Source of the DNA: an uncultured Gemmatimonadales bacterium
GTDB taxonomy: Bacteria; Gemmatimonadota; Gemmatimonadetes; Palauibacterales; Palauibacteraceae
Length of the DNA: 64,000 bases
Assembly: GCA_963783385.1 (NCBI GenBank)
Contig: CAWANJ010000001.1
Coordinates: 32,001 to 96,000, forward strand
Direction of reading: 5' to 3'
Of the stretch, positions 29,484 to 39,593 are shown one piece after another. Below the pieces are notes generated by a model. It saw nothing but the letters and a program-made list of their open reading frames with translations. It did no database searches and was not told the origin of the DNA. Position numbers and translations under genes: made by a program. How positions within the stretch are numbered: the first letter of the stretch is position 1; the number at the start of each line of letters is the position of its first letter.

Positions 29484-32025
29484 CGCGGCCCGCCTCCGGC
29501 CCGCGCCGCGCCGGAGTCTCTCGTGCCGTCACCGCCGGTCGGCCCCGTGTCCTCCCCCTCCGGCAGCAGCTCCAGGCGTGCCACGGTCGCCGCCTGCACG
29601 TTCGCCTCCGACCAGGGGATCGGCACGCCCGTACCCTCCAGCCAGTGCCGCAGGAGGTCGTCGTAGTTCGGGGAAAAGGGGTTCCCCGACTGGCCCCCGG
29701 GGAGGCAGAAGCGCGCCTCCTCCCAGTCCCCCAGCGGAATGACGGCCCGCAGCGACGGGACGGCAGAAGCCGGGGCGAGCGGGTCGTCGGGGAGCGCGGC
29801 GCACTGGGCGACCGTGTGCGCATCGCCTCCGATGCGCAGCGGGCCCCGGTCGAACACCCGCCCCAGCGGACCCACCTGGCCCAGCGGGTGGCGGAGCCAC
29901 ACGGGCCGGATGTGTCCCCACGCCCACGCCGCCGGATCCGGGCCGAACTCCCGCCGGAGCCGGCCGACGGCGTCGCGCGCCGCCCCGGCCACCGCGTCCG
30001 CCCACGGCTCCTCGAGCCACCCCTCGGCCCGCTCCCCGAGGAGGCGGGTGAGGAGCGCGTGGCCCTTCCGGCCGAAGAAGCTGCGCGGCGTGAGCACGTG
30101 GAAGCCGCGGCCCAGGGCCCACGCCGAGGCGGCGGGCGCCCGGCCCCGGATCAACCGGCTCACGAGGCCGCCCAGGACGAGCTCGTACACCGTCGCGGCC
30201 GGCGAGTCGGCCGCGGCCCTCCCATCCCAGCCCCGCAGGAGCTCGAGCCCGAGGGCCAGGTCGGGGTCGCCGCCCTCCGGCGATGCCGAAGCCCCCGGGT
30301 CGCCATCCGACGCGGCCCGGCCCGCCAGCTCGAGGAGGTCCTCGCGCAGGTCGCGCCACGGCAGGCAGGCCACGTCGACCTGGAGCCGCAGGGTCGCCGC
30401 CACGTCCCAGTCGCGTACGCTCGCCGAGCACCTCCTCGATGCGCGCGGCGCGGTAGCCGTCGATCCAGTCGGCCCCGAGCCAGGGGACGCCCGGGCCGTC
30501 CTCGGCCGGCTTGTTGTTGGCCGAGACCAGGTAGCCGGTCTCCGGGTCCTCGCGCGCGGGCATGGCCTCGAACGGGACGTGCTCCTCCTCCCAGCCCGCG
30601 GCCGGATCCCACCCCGGCGCCGGTAGCGTGCCCCAACCCCGCCGCCGGACGGGGGCCTCGCCGACCAGGCGCCAGCCGATCGTCCCCGCGGTGTCCGCGG
30701 CCACCACGCTGAGCGACACGGTGGGCCAGTGACGGAAGAGCTCGCCGAGCTCCCCGACCGTTCGCGCCCGCTGGGCCAGCAGGAAGCCCTCGAGCGGCCG
30801 CGGCTCCAGCCACGTGGCACGCAGCGCGAGGGCCAGGCGGCCGCCCTCCGAGCCGAGCGACCCGGCCTCCGGTCCCGCACGAGCCCCCGGCTCTCCCGGC
30901 GCCGGGGACCCGCCACGCCCCAATCCCGCCGGCTCCGTCCCGCGCAGGGCCGCGCCGACCACGGGGCCGCGGGGCGTCTCGATCACCTCCTCCTCGACCG
31001 GATCGCCGCCCTTCACCCGGATGGTCTCCGTCCACCGTCGGCACGGCTCCCAACCGTCCCCGCGGCGCACCCGGTCGCCGTCGATCGCCTCGAGGAAGAA
31101 GTCCGTGTTGTCCACGAGCCCTGCCGTCACGCCCCAGGCCACGTGCCCGTTGTGGGCGGACAGGAAGGCCGGCATCCCCAGGAAGGCGGCGCCCGCCACC
31201 TCCCACTCGGGCGTGCGCACGTGCGCCAGGTGCCAGTGGGGCGGGAGTTGCGGCGCCAGAATGCGGATCGTTGGCCAGCAGCGTGCGGCCCGTGGCGGTC
31301 CGTGACGCCGACAGCGCCCAGGCGTTGGACGCCCCGCCCGTTCCGACCCGTTCCGCGAGCGCCTCCAGGTCCTCCTCCACGCGGTCCAGCACGGCGCGGA
31401 GCGGCGCCCGCCCCGTCTCCTGGAGAGGCAGCCAATCGGGATAGGGCCCCGAGAGGTCGCTCACGGCTTCCGGCCCGTCGTCCAGCAGCATGCGCAGGCG
31501 GACGAGCTCCGTGTCCCAGTTGGCGGGCAGGACGAAGCTCACCAGCCGGTGCATGGCGACGGCGTCGGCCGCCTCCCACGGGGTCGGGTCGATCCGGAGG
31601 AGAGCGTGCCCGTGGGGCCGGCGAGGAAGCCCCCGCTCGAACGCCGCCCCCACCCCCCGGCAGTAGGCCCGCAGGGCCGTTCGGACCTCCGGGCGCGAGG
31701 CTTCGAGCTGGGCCTCCGTCCCGCGCCGGAAGCCGATGCGGCGCGCCAGCCTGTCGATGGCCAGGCCCTCCTCGCCGATCGCCTCGGCGACGGTGCCCCG
31801 CACGGTGCGCAGCAGCAGCTCGAGCTGGAAGGGGCGGTCCTGGGCCTGTACGAAGCCGAGCGAGAAGGCGGCGTCCTCGTCGCACCCGGCCGTGATGTGG
31901 GGGATTCCGTAGCCGTCGCGCCGCACGGTCAGCGGCCCGTGCAGCCCCCGGACCCGCAGGGTCCCCGAGGTGCGCGGCAGGCGCCGGCCGAGCAGGAGAC
32001 GGAAGAGGGCGCGCGTCGGGTTCAC
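29480..32025 (-). CDS. Penicillin acylase / S45 Ntn-hydrolase (frameshifts near 31260 and 30420)
   Basis: RDGYGIPHI, GFVQAQDR, GASNAW (Ser nucleophile), LLANDPH, SANNKP, PGGQSGNPFSPNYDD over three frames. Confidence 0.9.
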
Positions 32026-33641
32026 GATCGTCCCCCGGGTCCGGCGGCCAGGTGGTGGCGGATGAGCGGGCGCGTGCCGGGAGCCAGGTAGTCCTCGGCC
32101 CGGGCCTCGGCGGCCTGGTCCAGGGCCGTGACCCGCGCGTGCTGGCGCAGGTGCTCCGCCCACGACTGGACCAGGAAGAGCTCCACGTAGCGGTCCGGAT
32201 CGGAGGAGTCGGCGAACAGGTCCCAGTAGTAGGCTCCGCTCCGGCGCCGGCGCCTGCCCACGTCGGCCATCGCCGCCTCGAAGGCCTGGTGGCGGCCCGC
32301 CGCGACGTGGTAGTCGACGGTCACCAGGACGGGGCCGCGGTCGTGCTCCACCTCCTCGGAGAGGATCGGGGCCGGCCAGTGCCGGGTCGGCGACAGGTCG
32401 AGGCCCTCGGTCTCCCGGATGCGGAAGCGCCCCCCGACCACCACGCCCAGGACCACCACGGCCCCGGCGGCGGCCAGCGCCCCGGGTAGACCGACGCGGC
32501 CCGCGACCACGCCCCACAGGATGCTGCCCACCGTCGTGCCCCCGAAGAACACGAGCACGTAGAGCGACATGCCCCGGGCCCGGACCCAGGAGGGGAGGAC
32601 GGTCTGGGCGGCGGTATTGAAGCCCGACAGGAGGTTGAGCCACGCTCCGCCCGCCGCGAACACGATCGCCAGGAAAGGCCCCAGGTCGCGCACCTGGCCC
32701 ACGGCCGCCAGGCAGACGCCGAACACGACGATGGACACCGTCACCACGCGGTCCAGGGTGAGCCGCCGGCGGAGCGGGCCCAGCACCACGGCGCCCGACA
32801 CGGCCCCGATCCCGAACGCCGTGACCACGAGGCCGAAGCCCCCGGCCGAGAGTCCCAGCCTCTGGCGCGCCACGAGCGGCAGGAGGGCCCACAGCGCGCT
32901 TCCCGCGAACACGAACAGGCCGACCCTCACGAGGACCGAGACCATCTGCGGCGTGTGCCGGACGTAGCGCACGCCCGTTCGGACGGCTCCCGGGAACGGC
33001 TCCCGCGGGAGCTCGCGGCTCTCCGCCGGCCGCTTCCAGCGACCGAGCACCCCGACCAGCCCGAGGTAGGAGGCGGCGTTGGCCAGGAAGGCCACTCCGG
33101 CGCCGGCCGTGGCCACCAGCACCCCTCCGAGGGCCGGGCCGACGGCGCGGGCGATGTTGACACCGACGCTGGACGACACGATGGCCGACGGGAGCTCGTC
33201 GCGGGGAACCAGCTCGGGGAGAATGGCGGTCCAGGCGGGCTGGTTGACCGCCGCCCCGAAGCCCAGCAGCAGCGTGAACAGGAGGAGGCTCCACGGGGTG
33301 ATCCAGCCCAGCACGGTGAGCACGCCCAGGGTTCCGGCCGCGAGCAGCTGCCATACCTGCGCCCACAGGAGGACGCGCCGCCGGTCGACCAGGTCGGCCA
33401 GCGCCCCCGCGGGGACCACCAGCGTGAACATGGCGAGGCCGGTGGCGGCCTGGACCAGCGCCACCATGATCGGCCGCGGCGCCAGATCGGTCATGAGCCA
33501 CTGGGCCGCCACCTGCTGCACCCACGTGCCGACGTAGGAGACCACGTTGGCAGCCCAGATCGCCCGGAATACGGGGTGACGGAACGGCGTCCACGGCGAG
33601 GTCGGAGCCGTCTTGCCGCTCCCGGTGGCCCGGTCTACCAT
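32022..33641 (-). CDS. MFS transporter (MFS_3/DUF894 type with C-terminal soluble domain)
   Basis: GALADLVDRRR, NIARAVGPALGG, C-terminal GPVLVTVDY...SWAEHLRQHARVT. Confidence 0.9.
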   Translation of the reverse strand: MVDRATGSGKTAPTSPWTPFRHPVFRAIWAANVVSYVGTWVQQVAAQWLMTDLAPRPIMVALVQAATGLAMFTLVVPAGALADLVDRRRVLLWAQVWQLLAAGTLGVLTVLGWITPWSLLLFTLLLGFGAAVNQPAWTAILPELVPRDELPSAIVSSSVGVNIARAVGPALGGVLVATAGAGVAFLANAASYLGLVGVLGRWKRPAESRELPREPFPGAVRTGVRYVRHTPQMVSVLVRVGLFVFAGSALWALLPLVARQRLGLSAGGFGLVVTAFGIGAVSGAVVLGPLRRRLTLDRVVTVSIVVFGVCLAAVGQVRDLGPFLAIVFAAGGAWLNLLSGFNTAAQTVLPSWVRARGMSLYVLVFFGGTTVGSILWGVVAGRVGLPGALAAAGAVVVLGVVVGGRFRIRETEGLDLSPTRHWPAPILSEEVEHDRGPVLVTVDYHVAAGRHQAFEAAMADVGRRRRRSGAYYWDLFADSSDPDRYVELFLVQSWAEHLRQHARVTALDQAAEARAEDYLAPGTRPLIRHHLAAGPGGRS

Positions 33642-33851
33642 CGTCCGGCTCGCTTCACGTCCATCGCGGCTGGAGGTTCGCATGGGTCCTGCCACGACGC
33701 TCGTACGCCGAGCCTTCGGGGCCCGGGGCCCGTGCCCCGTCTCTCGTCGCCGGCCAGAACGCCTCCTTCGCCCTGGACGTGCTGCACTGGCTGTCGGGCC
33801 TCCTGCCGTGAGGCGGAGCGCCGGCCGGGCCGGCGCCCGCCGCTCACCGCG

Positions 33852-35843
33852 TCAGCTGCGGCCCGCCTTCGGCGCGGCCACGCGATACAGGCCCCACGCG
33901 ACCAGGGCGAGCAGGAAGAGTCCCGGGAGTGCCGACTCGTGCACGCCCCAGAAGGCGAGCACGTTCGAGCGTCCCGAGAGCACGATCGGGATGGCCATGA
34001 AGATCCCGACCAGGGCCTCGCCGGTGATGAAGCCCGAGGAGAGCAGGAGCCCGCGCTGCGCGGCGTCCTTGCGGTCGTCCTCCGAGTCGAAGCTCCGCTT
34101 CCGCAGGGCCCGCTTGACCAGCGGCGCAACGACGCCCCCGATGAAGATCGGGGTCGACAGCTCGACCGGCAGGTAGATCCCCACCGCCACGGCCAGCACC
34201 GGGGTCCGGAAGGGGGCGTCCCGCTTCTCGAGCCACATGTCGAACGCGATGATGGCCACCGCCACCCCCATCCCGATGAACACCATGGTCCACGGGAGGC
34301 CGCCCTCGAACACCCCCTTGGCCACCGATGCCATGAGAGTGGCCTGCGGAGCGGTGAGGGACTGCGGGTGCGCCGGCGACTGCGGACCGATTCCGTAGGC
34401 GTTGAGGAGCAGGTTCAGCACGGGGGCCATCACGAAGGCCGACACGCCGGTGCCCACGATGAGCATGACCTGCTGCTTCCAGGGCGTGGCGCCCACCAGC
34501 CAGCCCGTCTTCAGGTCGTGGAGGTTGTCGCCGGCGATGGCCGCGGCGCACGCCACCACCGCGCCGATGAGGATGGCGGCCGCCGCCCCCTTCCCTCCCG
34601 CCTGCCCGAACACGACCAGGAGGAGGAGCGAGGCGAACAGCAGGGTGGCGATCGTGACCCCGGAGACCGGGTTGTTGGATGATCCCACCAGCCCGGTCAT
34701 GTAGCCGGAGACGGCCGAGAACACGAAGCCAGCGATCACCATGATGATCGCCATGGCCAGGCTCATGGCCAGATGCCCGACCAGATAGTGGTACAGGAAG
34801 AAGAGGGGGATGATGGAGAGAGCGATCACCAGCAGCACCCACTGCATGGGCATGTCGCGCTCGGTGCGCAGGGTGGACTCGACGCCCCCCTCGCGCAGCG
34901 CCCGGTAGGCGTCGAAACCGGAGCGAATCCCCGTGACCACGCTCCCGCCCATGCGGATCAGGGCCCACAGGCCGCCGACCACCATGGCCCCCACGCCCAG
35001 GTAGCGGGTCTGGGTCGACCACACCGTGAGCGCGTGCTCGGCGGCCGTCTGGCCCGCCGGCAGCCCTCCGTGTAGCCAGGTGTAGATCGGAATGGCCACC
35101 CAGAAGTTGAGGATGCCCCCGCCGAACACCAGGCAGGCGATGTTGAGCCCCACGATGTAGCCCACGCCCACGAGAGCGGGCGACAGGTTCGTTCCGATGT
35201 AGAACAGGCTCTTGCCGCCGAAGATTCCGACGGCCCACTCCGCCGTCTCCTTCCACAACCGAAGGCCCGTCTGCGAAAACTTGAACAGGGCGGACACGAT
35301 GGCGGCGCCGGCCACGAACCAGACGCCCGTCCCGCCGCGCTCGCCCGTCTCCAGGACCTCGGCGCAGGCCACGCCCTCGGGGAACTGGAGCGGGTTCTCG
35401 ACGATGAGCGCGCGCCTGAGGGGGACCGTGAACAGCACGCCGAGGATGCCGCCGAAGCCGGCGATGAGGGTGGTCTGGACGAAGTCGAACTGCGTCCAGG
35501 TCCCCAGCAGCACGAGCGCGGGGATCGTGAAGATGACGCCGGCCGCCAGTGATTCGCCCGCGCTGGCGCACGTCTGTACGATGTTGTTCTCGAGGATGTT
35601 CGAGCGCGGGAACAGGCGCAGGATCCCCATCGAGATCACGGCGGCCGGAATGGAGGCCGACACCGTGAGACCGGCGAACAGCCCCAGGTAGGCGTTGGCC
35701 CCGGCCAGCACGAGGGCCAGGATGACGCCCAGGATCACGGCCTTGACGGTGATCTCGGGCAGGGACTGCGAGGCCGGGATGAAGGGGCGGTGGGACTCCG
35801 ATCCGGACGCGCTTGCGCGGGCTGAGGGTCGGGCGCTCGCCAT
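33852..35843 (-). CDS. OPT-family oligopeptide transporter
   Basis: NAYLGLFAGLTVSASIPAAVIS, ENNIVQT, FPEGVACAEVL, GSSNNPVSG, DLKTGWLVGATP. Confidence 0.95.
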   Translation of the reverse strand: MASARPSARASASGSESHRPFIPASQSLPEITVKAVILGVILALVLAGANAYLGLFAGLTVSASIPAAVISMGILRLFPRSNILENNIVQTCASAGESLAAGVIFTIPALVLLGTWTQFDFVQTTLIAGFGGILGVLFTVPLRRALIVENPLQFPEGVACAEVLETGERGGTGVWFVAGAAIVSALFKFSQTGLRLWKETAEWAVGIFGGKSLFYIGTNLSPALVGVGYIVGLNIACLVFGGGILNFWVAIPIYTWLHGGLPAGQTAAEHALTVWSTQTRYLGVGAMVVGGLWALIRMGGSVVTGIRSGFDAYRALREGGVESTLRTERDMPMQWVLLVIALSIIPLFFLYHYLVGHLAMSLAMAIIMVIAGFVFSAVSGYMTGLVGSSNNPVSGVTIATLLFASLLLLVVFGQAGGKGAAAAILIGAVVACAAAIAGDNLHDLKTGWLVGATPWKQQVMLIVGTGVSAFVMAPVLNLLLNAYGIGPQSPAHPQSLTAPQATLMASVAKGVFEGGLPWTMVFIGMGVAVAIIAFDMWLEKRDAPFRTPVLAVAVGIYLPVELSTPIFIGGVVAPLVKRALRKRSFDSEDDRKDAAQRGLLLSSGFITGEALVGIFMAIPIVLSGRSNVLAFWGVHESALPGLFLLALVAWGLYRVAAPKAGRS

Positions 35844-35962
35844 GCTTACCCCTGGAGCGAGGGTCTCGGGATGAGGAGGGACGTGTTGCGCGACGCTAGG
35901 AAGCCCATGCCGGGCGCGCAAGAGCGGGCGCCACGGAAGAGGTCGCGGGGGACGACGCGCGG

Positions 35963-36772
35963 GTGACCCATCCGTGGTGGTCCTACCCGGCCCTGGCGGC
36001 CGTCGGCCTGGTGGCCGGCGCCCTAAACGTCATCGCCGGCGGAGGCTCCTTCCTCACCCTTCCGGCCATGATCTTCCTCGGCCTGCCGCCCACGGTGGCC
36101 AACGGCACCAACCGAATCGCCATCCTGGTGCAGAACGCCGGCGCCGTGTGGGGCTTTCAACGCCGGCGCCTGGTGGCGTGGCGCTGGGTGGTGCGGGCCG
36201 CCCTGCCGGCCGTGCTCGGCGCGATCCTGGGGGCGTGGCTCGCCGTGCGGATCGGGGACCGCTCCTTCGAGCGCATTCTCTCGGTCCTCATGGTGGTGGT
36301 CTCGCTGGCGTCGCTGTGGCGCCCGGGGAGCGGAGCCGCGCGCTCGGAGAGCAGCGGAGAGCGGCCCGAGGAGCCCGGCCTCGGGCCCGACGCGGTGCCG
36401 GCGCCCCCCGCCGCGGCCGGGGCCAGGCTCGCGCTGGCCGGCGGCTTCTTCCTGGTCGGCGTCTACGGCGGATTCGTCCAGGCCGGCACCGGCTTCCTGT
36501 TCCTGGCCGTGCTGACCTGGGCAGGCTTCGACCTGGTGCGGGGCAACGCCCTCAAGGTGCTCGTCATCCTCCTGTGGACGCCGCTCGCCCTGTGGCAGTT
36601 CGCCGCGGGCGGACAGGTGGACTGGCTGCTGGGGCTGGCGCTCGCGGCGGGGAACTTCTCGGGGGCGCTGGTCGGCGTGCGGCTCACCGTGCTCAAGGGG
36701 AGCCGCTGGGTGCGGCGGGTGGTGACGATGACGGTGATCGCGTTCGCGTTGCTGCTGTGGGTGCTGCCCTAG
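35963..36772 (+). CDS. TauE/SafE (TSUP) family exporter
   Basis: AGGGSFLTLP, ANGTNR, GVYGGFVQAGTG. Confidence 0.9.
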   Translation: MTHPWWSYPALAAVGLVAGALNVIAGGGSFLTLPAMIFLGLPPTVANGTNRIAILVQNAGAVWGFQRRRLVAWRWVVRAALPAVLGAILGAWLAVRIGDRSFERILSVLMVVVSLASLWRPGSGAARSESSGERPEEPGLGPDAVPAPPAAAGARLALAGGFFLVGVYGGFVQAGTGFLFLAVLTWAGFDLVRGNALKVLVILLWTPLALWQFAAGGQVDWLLGLALAAGNFSGALVGVRLTVLKGSRWVRRVVTMTVIAFALLLWVLP

Positions 36773-36924
36773 GGGGAATCGGGCCCCGTGACGCACCGGG
36801 GGGCTTCACTATTAGGGCCGACTAATCTACCTTGCAGGTGGTACTCGGCCGGCCCGGGATGGCCGGTCCGTCGGGGGGCGGAGCTCCGCCCCCGCGTCCC
36901 TCTCCAGGCCTCGAGGAGGCACCC

Positions 36925-37506
36925 ATGATGCCACGCTCGCCCCGACGACGAATCGGCGGCCCGGCCGTCGGCGCCGCCGGCCTGCTCGCCCTGCTGCTCC
37001 TGGCGCCGGTAGCGGCCGGAGCCCAGGTCGACCCGGCGGCTCGAGACGCGATGATCCGGAGCGCCATGAGCGCCGCGCCCGCCGAGGTGTCGCTCGCCGC
37101 CACCGTCCGGGACTGGCAGGGCAACATCCTGCGCGAGGGCACCAACGGATGGACGTGCATGCCCGACATGGCCGACCAGCGGGGCGACTCGCCCATGTGC
37201 CTGGACGCAGTCTGGATGGCATGGGTGGACGCGTGGCAGAACAAGAAGCCCTTCCGCGCGGACCGGATGGGCTTCGGCTACATGCTCCAGGGCGACTTCC
37301 CGACCAGCAACACCGACCCCTACGCACAGAAGGCGACGCCCGACAACCAGTGGCTCGAGGACTCGGGTCCGCACGTCATGATCCTGGTGCCGGACGCCAC
37401 GGCCCTGGCGGACCTCCCACGGACGCCGCATGAACAGGGACCCTGGGTGATGTGGGACGGAACACCCTACGTCCACATCATGCTCCCGGTGTCCCGGAAG
37501 CCCTAG
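36925..37506 (+). CDS. Secreted hypothetical protein
   Basis: GGAGG RBS, signal peptide, SAMSAAP, REGTNGWTCMPD, PMCLD, GYMLQGD, GPHVMI, PWVMWDGTPYVHIM. Confidence 0.8.
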   Translation: MMPRSPRRRIGGPAVGAAGLLALLLLAPVAAGAQVDPAARDAMIRSAMSAAPAEVSLAATVRDWQGNILREGTNGWTCMPDMADQRGDSPMCLDAVWMAWVDAWQNKKPFRADRMGFGYMLQGDFPTSNTDPYAQKATPDNQWLEDSGPHVMILVPDATALADLPRTPHEQGPWVMWDGTPYVHIMLPVSRKP

Positions 37507-37572
37507 GGAGAGCAGATCACGACTCGACCGGAGGGGGCCCTTCCCCGCGGCCCGCCGGTCCGGCCGATTCGT

Positions 37573-38964
37573 TCAGCCGCGCGGGCTCCGCCTCCGCTCG
37601 CGATAACGCTCCATGCGGCGCGCCAGGGTGCGCCGGTGGACCCCGAGGATCTCGGCCGCCCGGGTCCGGTTTCCCCCGGCCTCCTCGAGCACGCGGAGGA
37701 TGTACTCGCGCTCGAGCCGGTCCAGGTCCCAACGCTCGTCCTCGGCCCGGCTCAGGAGATCGCCCGCCTTCCCGCGCCCGCGGCGCGTGGTGGGCTCGAA
37801 CCGGATGGCCGGCTGGCCCGCGTACAGGAGCATGGCCCGCTCCACGAAATGCTCCAGCTCGCGCACGTTTCCGGGCCACGGGTATTCCTGCATGCGTACG
37901 AGCGTCTCGGGCAGGATGGCGGGCGCCTCGACGTCGTTCTCCTCGGCGAAGCGTCGCCGGAAGTGCTCGGCCAGGAGAGCGATGTCCTCGCGGCGCTCCC
38001 GCAGGGGCGGCACCCGGATCGGAAATACGTTGAGGCGATAGAACAGGTCTTCCCGGAAGCGGCCCTCCTCGACCGCCTCCTCGAGGTCCTCGTTGGTCGC
38101 CGCCACGAGGCGGAAGTCCACCGGCACCGTCCCCCCGCCGCCGACCCGACGGATCCGCCGCTCCTCGAGCACCCGGAGGAGCTTGACCTGCACGTCCACC
38201 GGGACCGTGGCCAGCTCGTCGAGGAAGAGCGTGCCGCCGTGCGCCTCCTCGACCAGACCGGGACGATCGGCGTGCGCCCCCGTGAAGCTCCCCTTGCGAT
38301 GCCCGAACAGCTCCGCCTCGAGCAGACTCTCCGGGAGCGCCGAGCACACCACGGCCACGAACGGGCCCTCGGCCCGCGGCGAGATCTCGTGGATGGCGCG
38401 GGCGACGAGCTCCTTCCCCGTCCCGGTCTCTCCGGTCACCAGCACGGTGGAGCGCGTCGGGGCGACGCGCCTCACCAGGCCCAGGGCGCGCCGGATGGCC
38501 GGAGAGCGACCGATGATTGGGACGCGCAGGTCGTCCTCGCCCTCCTCGCGGCGGCGGAGAGACCGGCGCCGCTCCGACTCCGCCGCGGCCCGGGTGACGG
38601 CCTCGATCAGGCGGTCGGTCTGAATCGGCCGGGCGAGGCAGTCGGCCGCGCCCCGGTGCATGGCCTCGACCGCGTCCGCCACGTCCCCTTCCTCCGCGAC
38701 CGCCACCAGGCGGGCATCCGTCTCGAGGGGATCGATGCGGGAGAGCACCTCGAGGCCCGAGATTCCCGGCAGCCGGGCCGCGAGCACGGCGGCGTCGAAG
38801 CGGCCCTCACGCAGGCGAAGAAGCCCCTCGTCCCCGCGACCGCACGCCTCGACCCGGAAGCCGCGCTCGCCCAGGACGGCGGCGAGAGCCGCGCGCAGGC
38901 GGGGGTCGGCCTCGACCACGAGGACCCTGTAGACACTGCGCCCGTCGGCAGGCTTGTGTGGCAC
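37573..38964 (-). CDS. Sigma-54 enhancer-binding protein (NtrC-like) with degenerate receiver domain
   Basis: GETGTGKE, ELFGHRKGSFTGA, LFLDE, REDLFYRLNV, WPGNVREL, Fis-type HTH GNRTRAAEILGV. Start uncertain. Confidence 0.92.
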   Translation of the reverse strand: MPHKPADGRSVYRVLVVEADPRLRAALAAVLGERGFRVEACGRGDEGLLRLREGRFDAAVLAARLPGISGLEVLSRIDPLETDARLVAVAEEGDVADAVEAMHRGAADCLARPIQTDRLIEAVTRAAAESERRRSLRRREEGEDDLRVPIIGRSPAIRRALGLVRRVAPTRSTVLVTGETGTGKELVARAIHEISPRAEGPFVAVVCSALPESLLEAELFGHRKGSFTGAHADRPGLVEEAHGGTLFLDELATVPVDVQVKLLRVLEERRIRRVGGGGTVPVDFRLVAATNEDLEEAVEEGRFREDLFYRLNVFPIRVPPLRERREDIALLAEHFRRRFAEENDVEAPAILPETLVRMQEYPWPGNVRELEHFVERAMLLYAGQPAIRFEPTTRRGRGKAGDLLSRAEDERWDLDRLEREYILRVLEEAGGNRTRAAEILGVHRRTLARRMERYRERRRSPRG

Positions 38965-39117
38965 CGCGGCGTCCCTCGCTATGTTCGCCTCGTCCGGGGT
39001 CCGCCGCGGGGCCTCGAACGGCCGGGTGGGCGTCGCCCTCACTTCAGGGGATTGTCCAAGATATGCGATGCGGAGAGACGCGAAACGGGAAGAAACGCCG
39101 AAGAGGGGGAATTTCCG

Positions 39118-39161
39118 AAAAAGTCGAAACCCCCGACCGGACTCACGGGTCCGATCGGGGG
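39118..39161 (-). terminator. Intrinsic terminator
   Basis: Minus strand: CCCCCGATCGGAC-ccgtga-GTCCGGTCGGGGG followed by TTTCGACTTTTT. Confidence 0.7.
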
Positions 39162-39417
39162 CCTCGTTGCGTCGGCGAGCCAGAGTCAGTCGGTTTGGCG
39201 TCACCCCGTGTGGTGACCTGACTTGAGGCTCTTTCCCTCGTCGTCACTCGAAAGTCACGACTCAGGCGTCCCCGTTCCCGGGACTACGGCTGCGGCCGAC
39301 GACCTTGCAGCCGGTCTGGGCGGGCCAAACTCCCGCCAGACGAGACGCCCTCCGGCCCGAACCGTCGGGCGTCGCATCCCACATCGTGGTCGCCGAAGCG
39401 TCCTCGTCGTGGGCGGA
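39118..39417 (-). ncRNA. Candidate ~300-nt structured sigma-54-dependent non-coding RNA
   Basis: Bounded by a -24/-12 promoter and a terminator; a run of consecutive hairpins including C(UUCG)G and U(UUCG)A loops; no credible ORF. Confidence 0.55.
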
Positions 39418-39428
39418 GGAATGATAGA

Positions 39429-39443
39429 GCAACGCCCGTGCCC
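39429..39443 (-). promoter_or_regulatory. Sigma-54 (-24/-12) promoter
   Basis: Minus strand GGGCAC-GGGCG-TTGC matches TGGCAC-N5-TTGC apart from the first base. Confidence 0.75.
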
Positions 39444-39544
39444 GGCCGGGCCACCTGCCGACCGCATCCGGCGCGCGCCGCGCACCGTATGGGCTCCGGC
39501 CGAATTTCGGGGGCCACGGGCTCGAAGCGAGAAGCCGCCGCTCG

Positions 39545-39593
39545 CGACAAAGTGTCACGAACGACGGCTCCCGGGCCCCGACAGAGTGTCACG
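39545..39593. promoter_or_regulatory. Tandem upstream activator-like sites
   Basis: CGACAAAGTGTCACG (39545-39559) and CGACAGAGTGTCACG (39579-39593), 14/15 identical, each with palindromic core GACA-N3-TGTC. Confidence 0.65.

Noticed and set aside
39320-39372. c-di-GMP-I riboswitch-like words on the plus strand (GGCCAAAC...GACG...CCTCCGGCCCGAACC)
   Set aside because: The GAAA-capped P2 stem and GCAAA junction are missing; promoter, UUCG loops and terminator all point to the minus strand.
39262-39384. 40-aa peptide (MWDATPDG...) inside the candidate RNA
   Set aside because: No well-spaced RBS and no recognisable features; cannot be fully excluded without conservation data.
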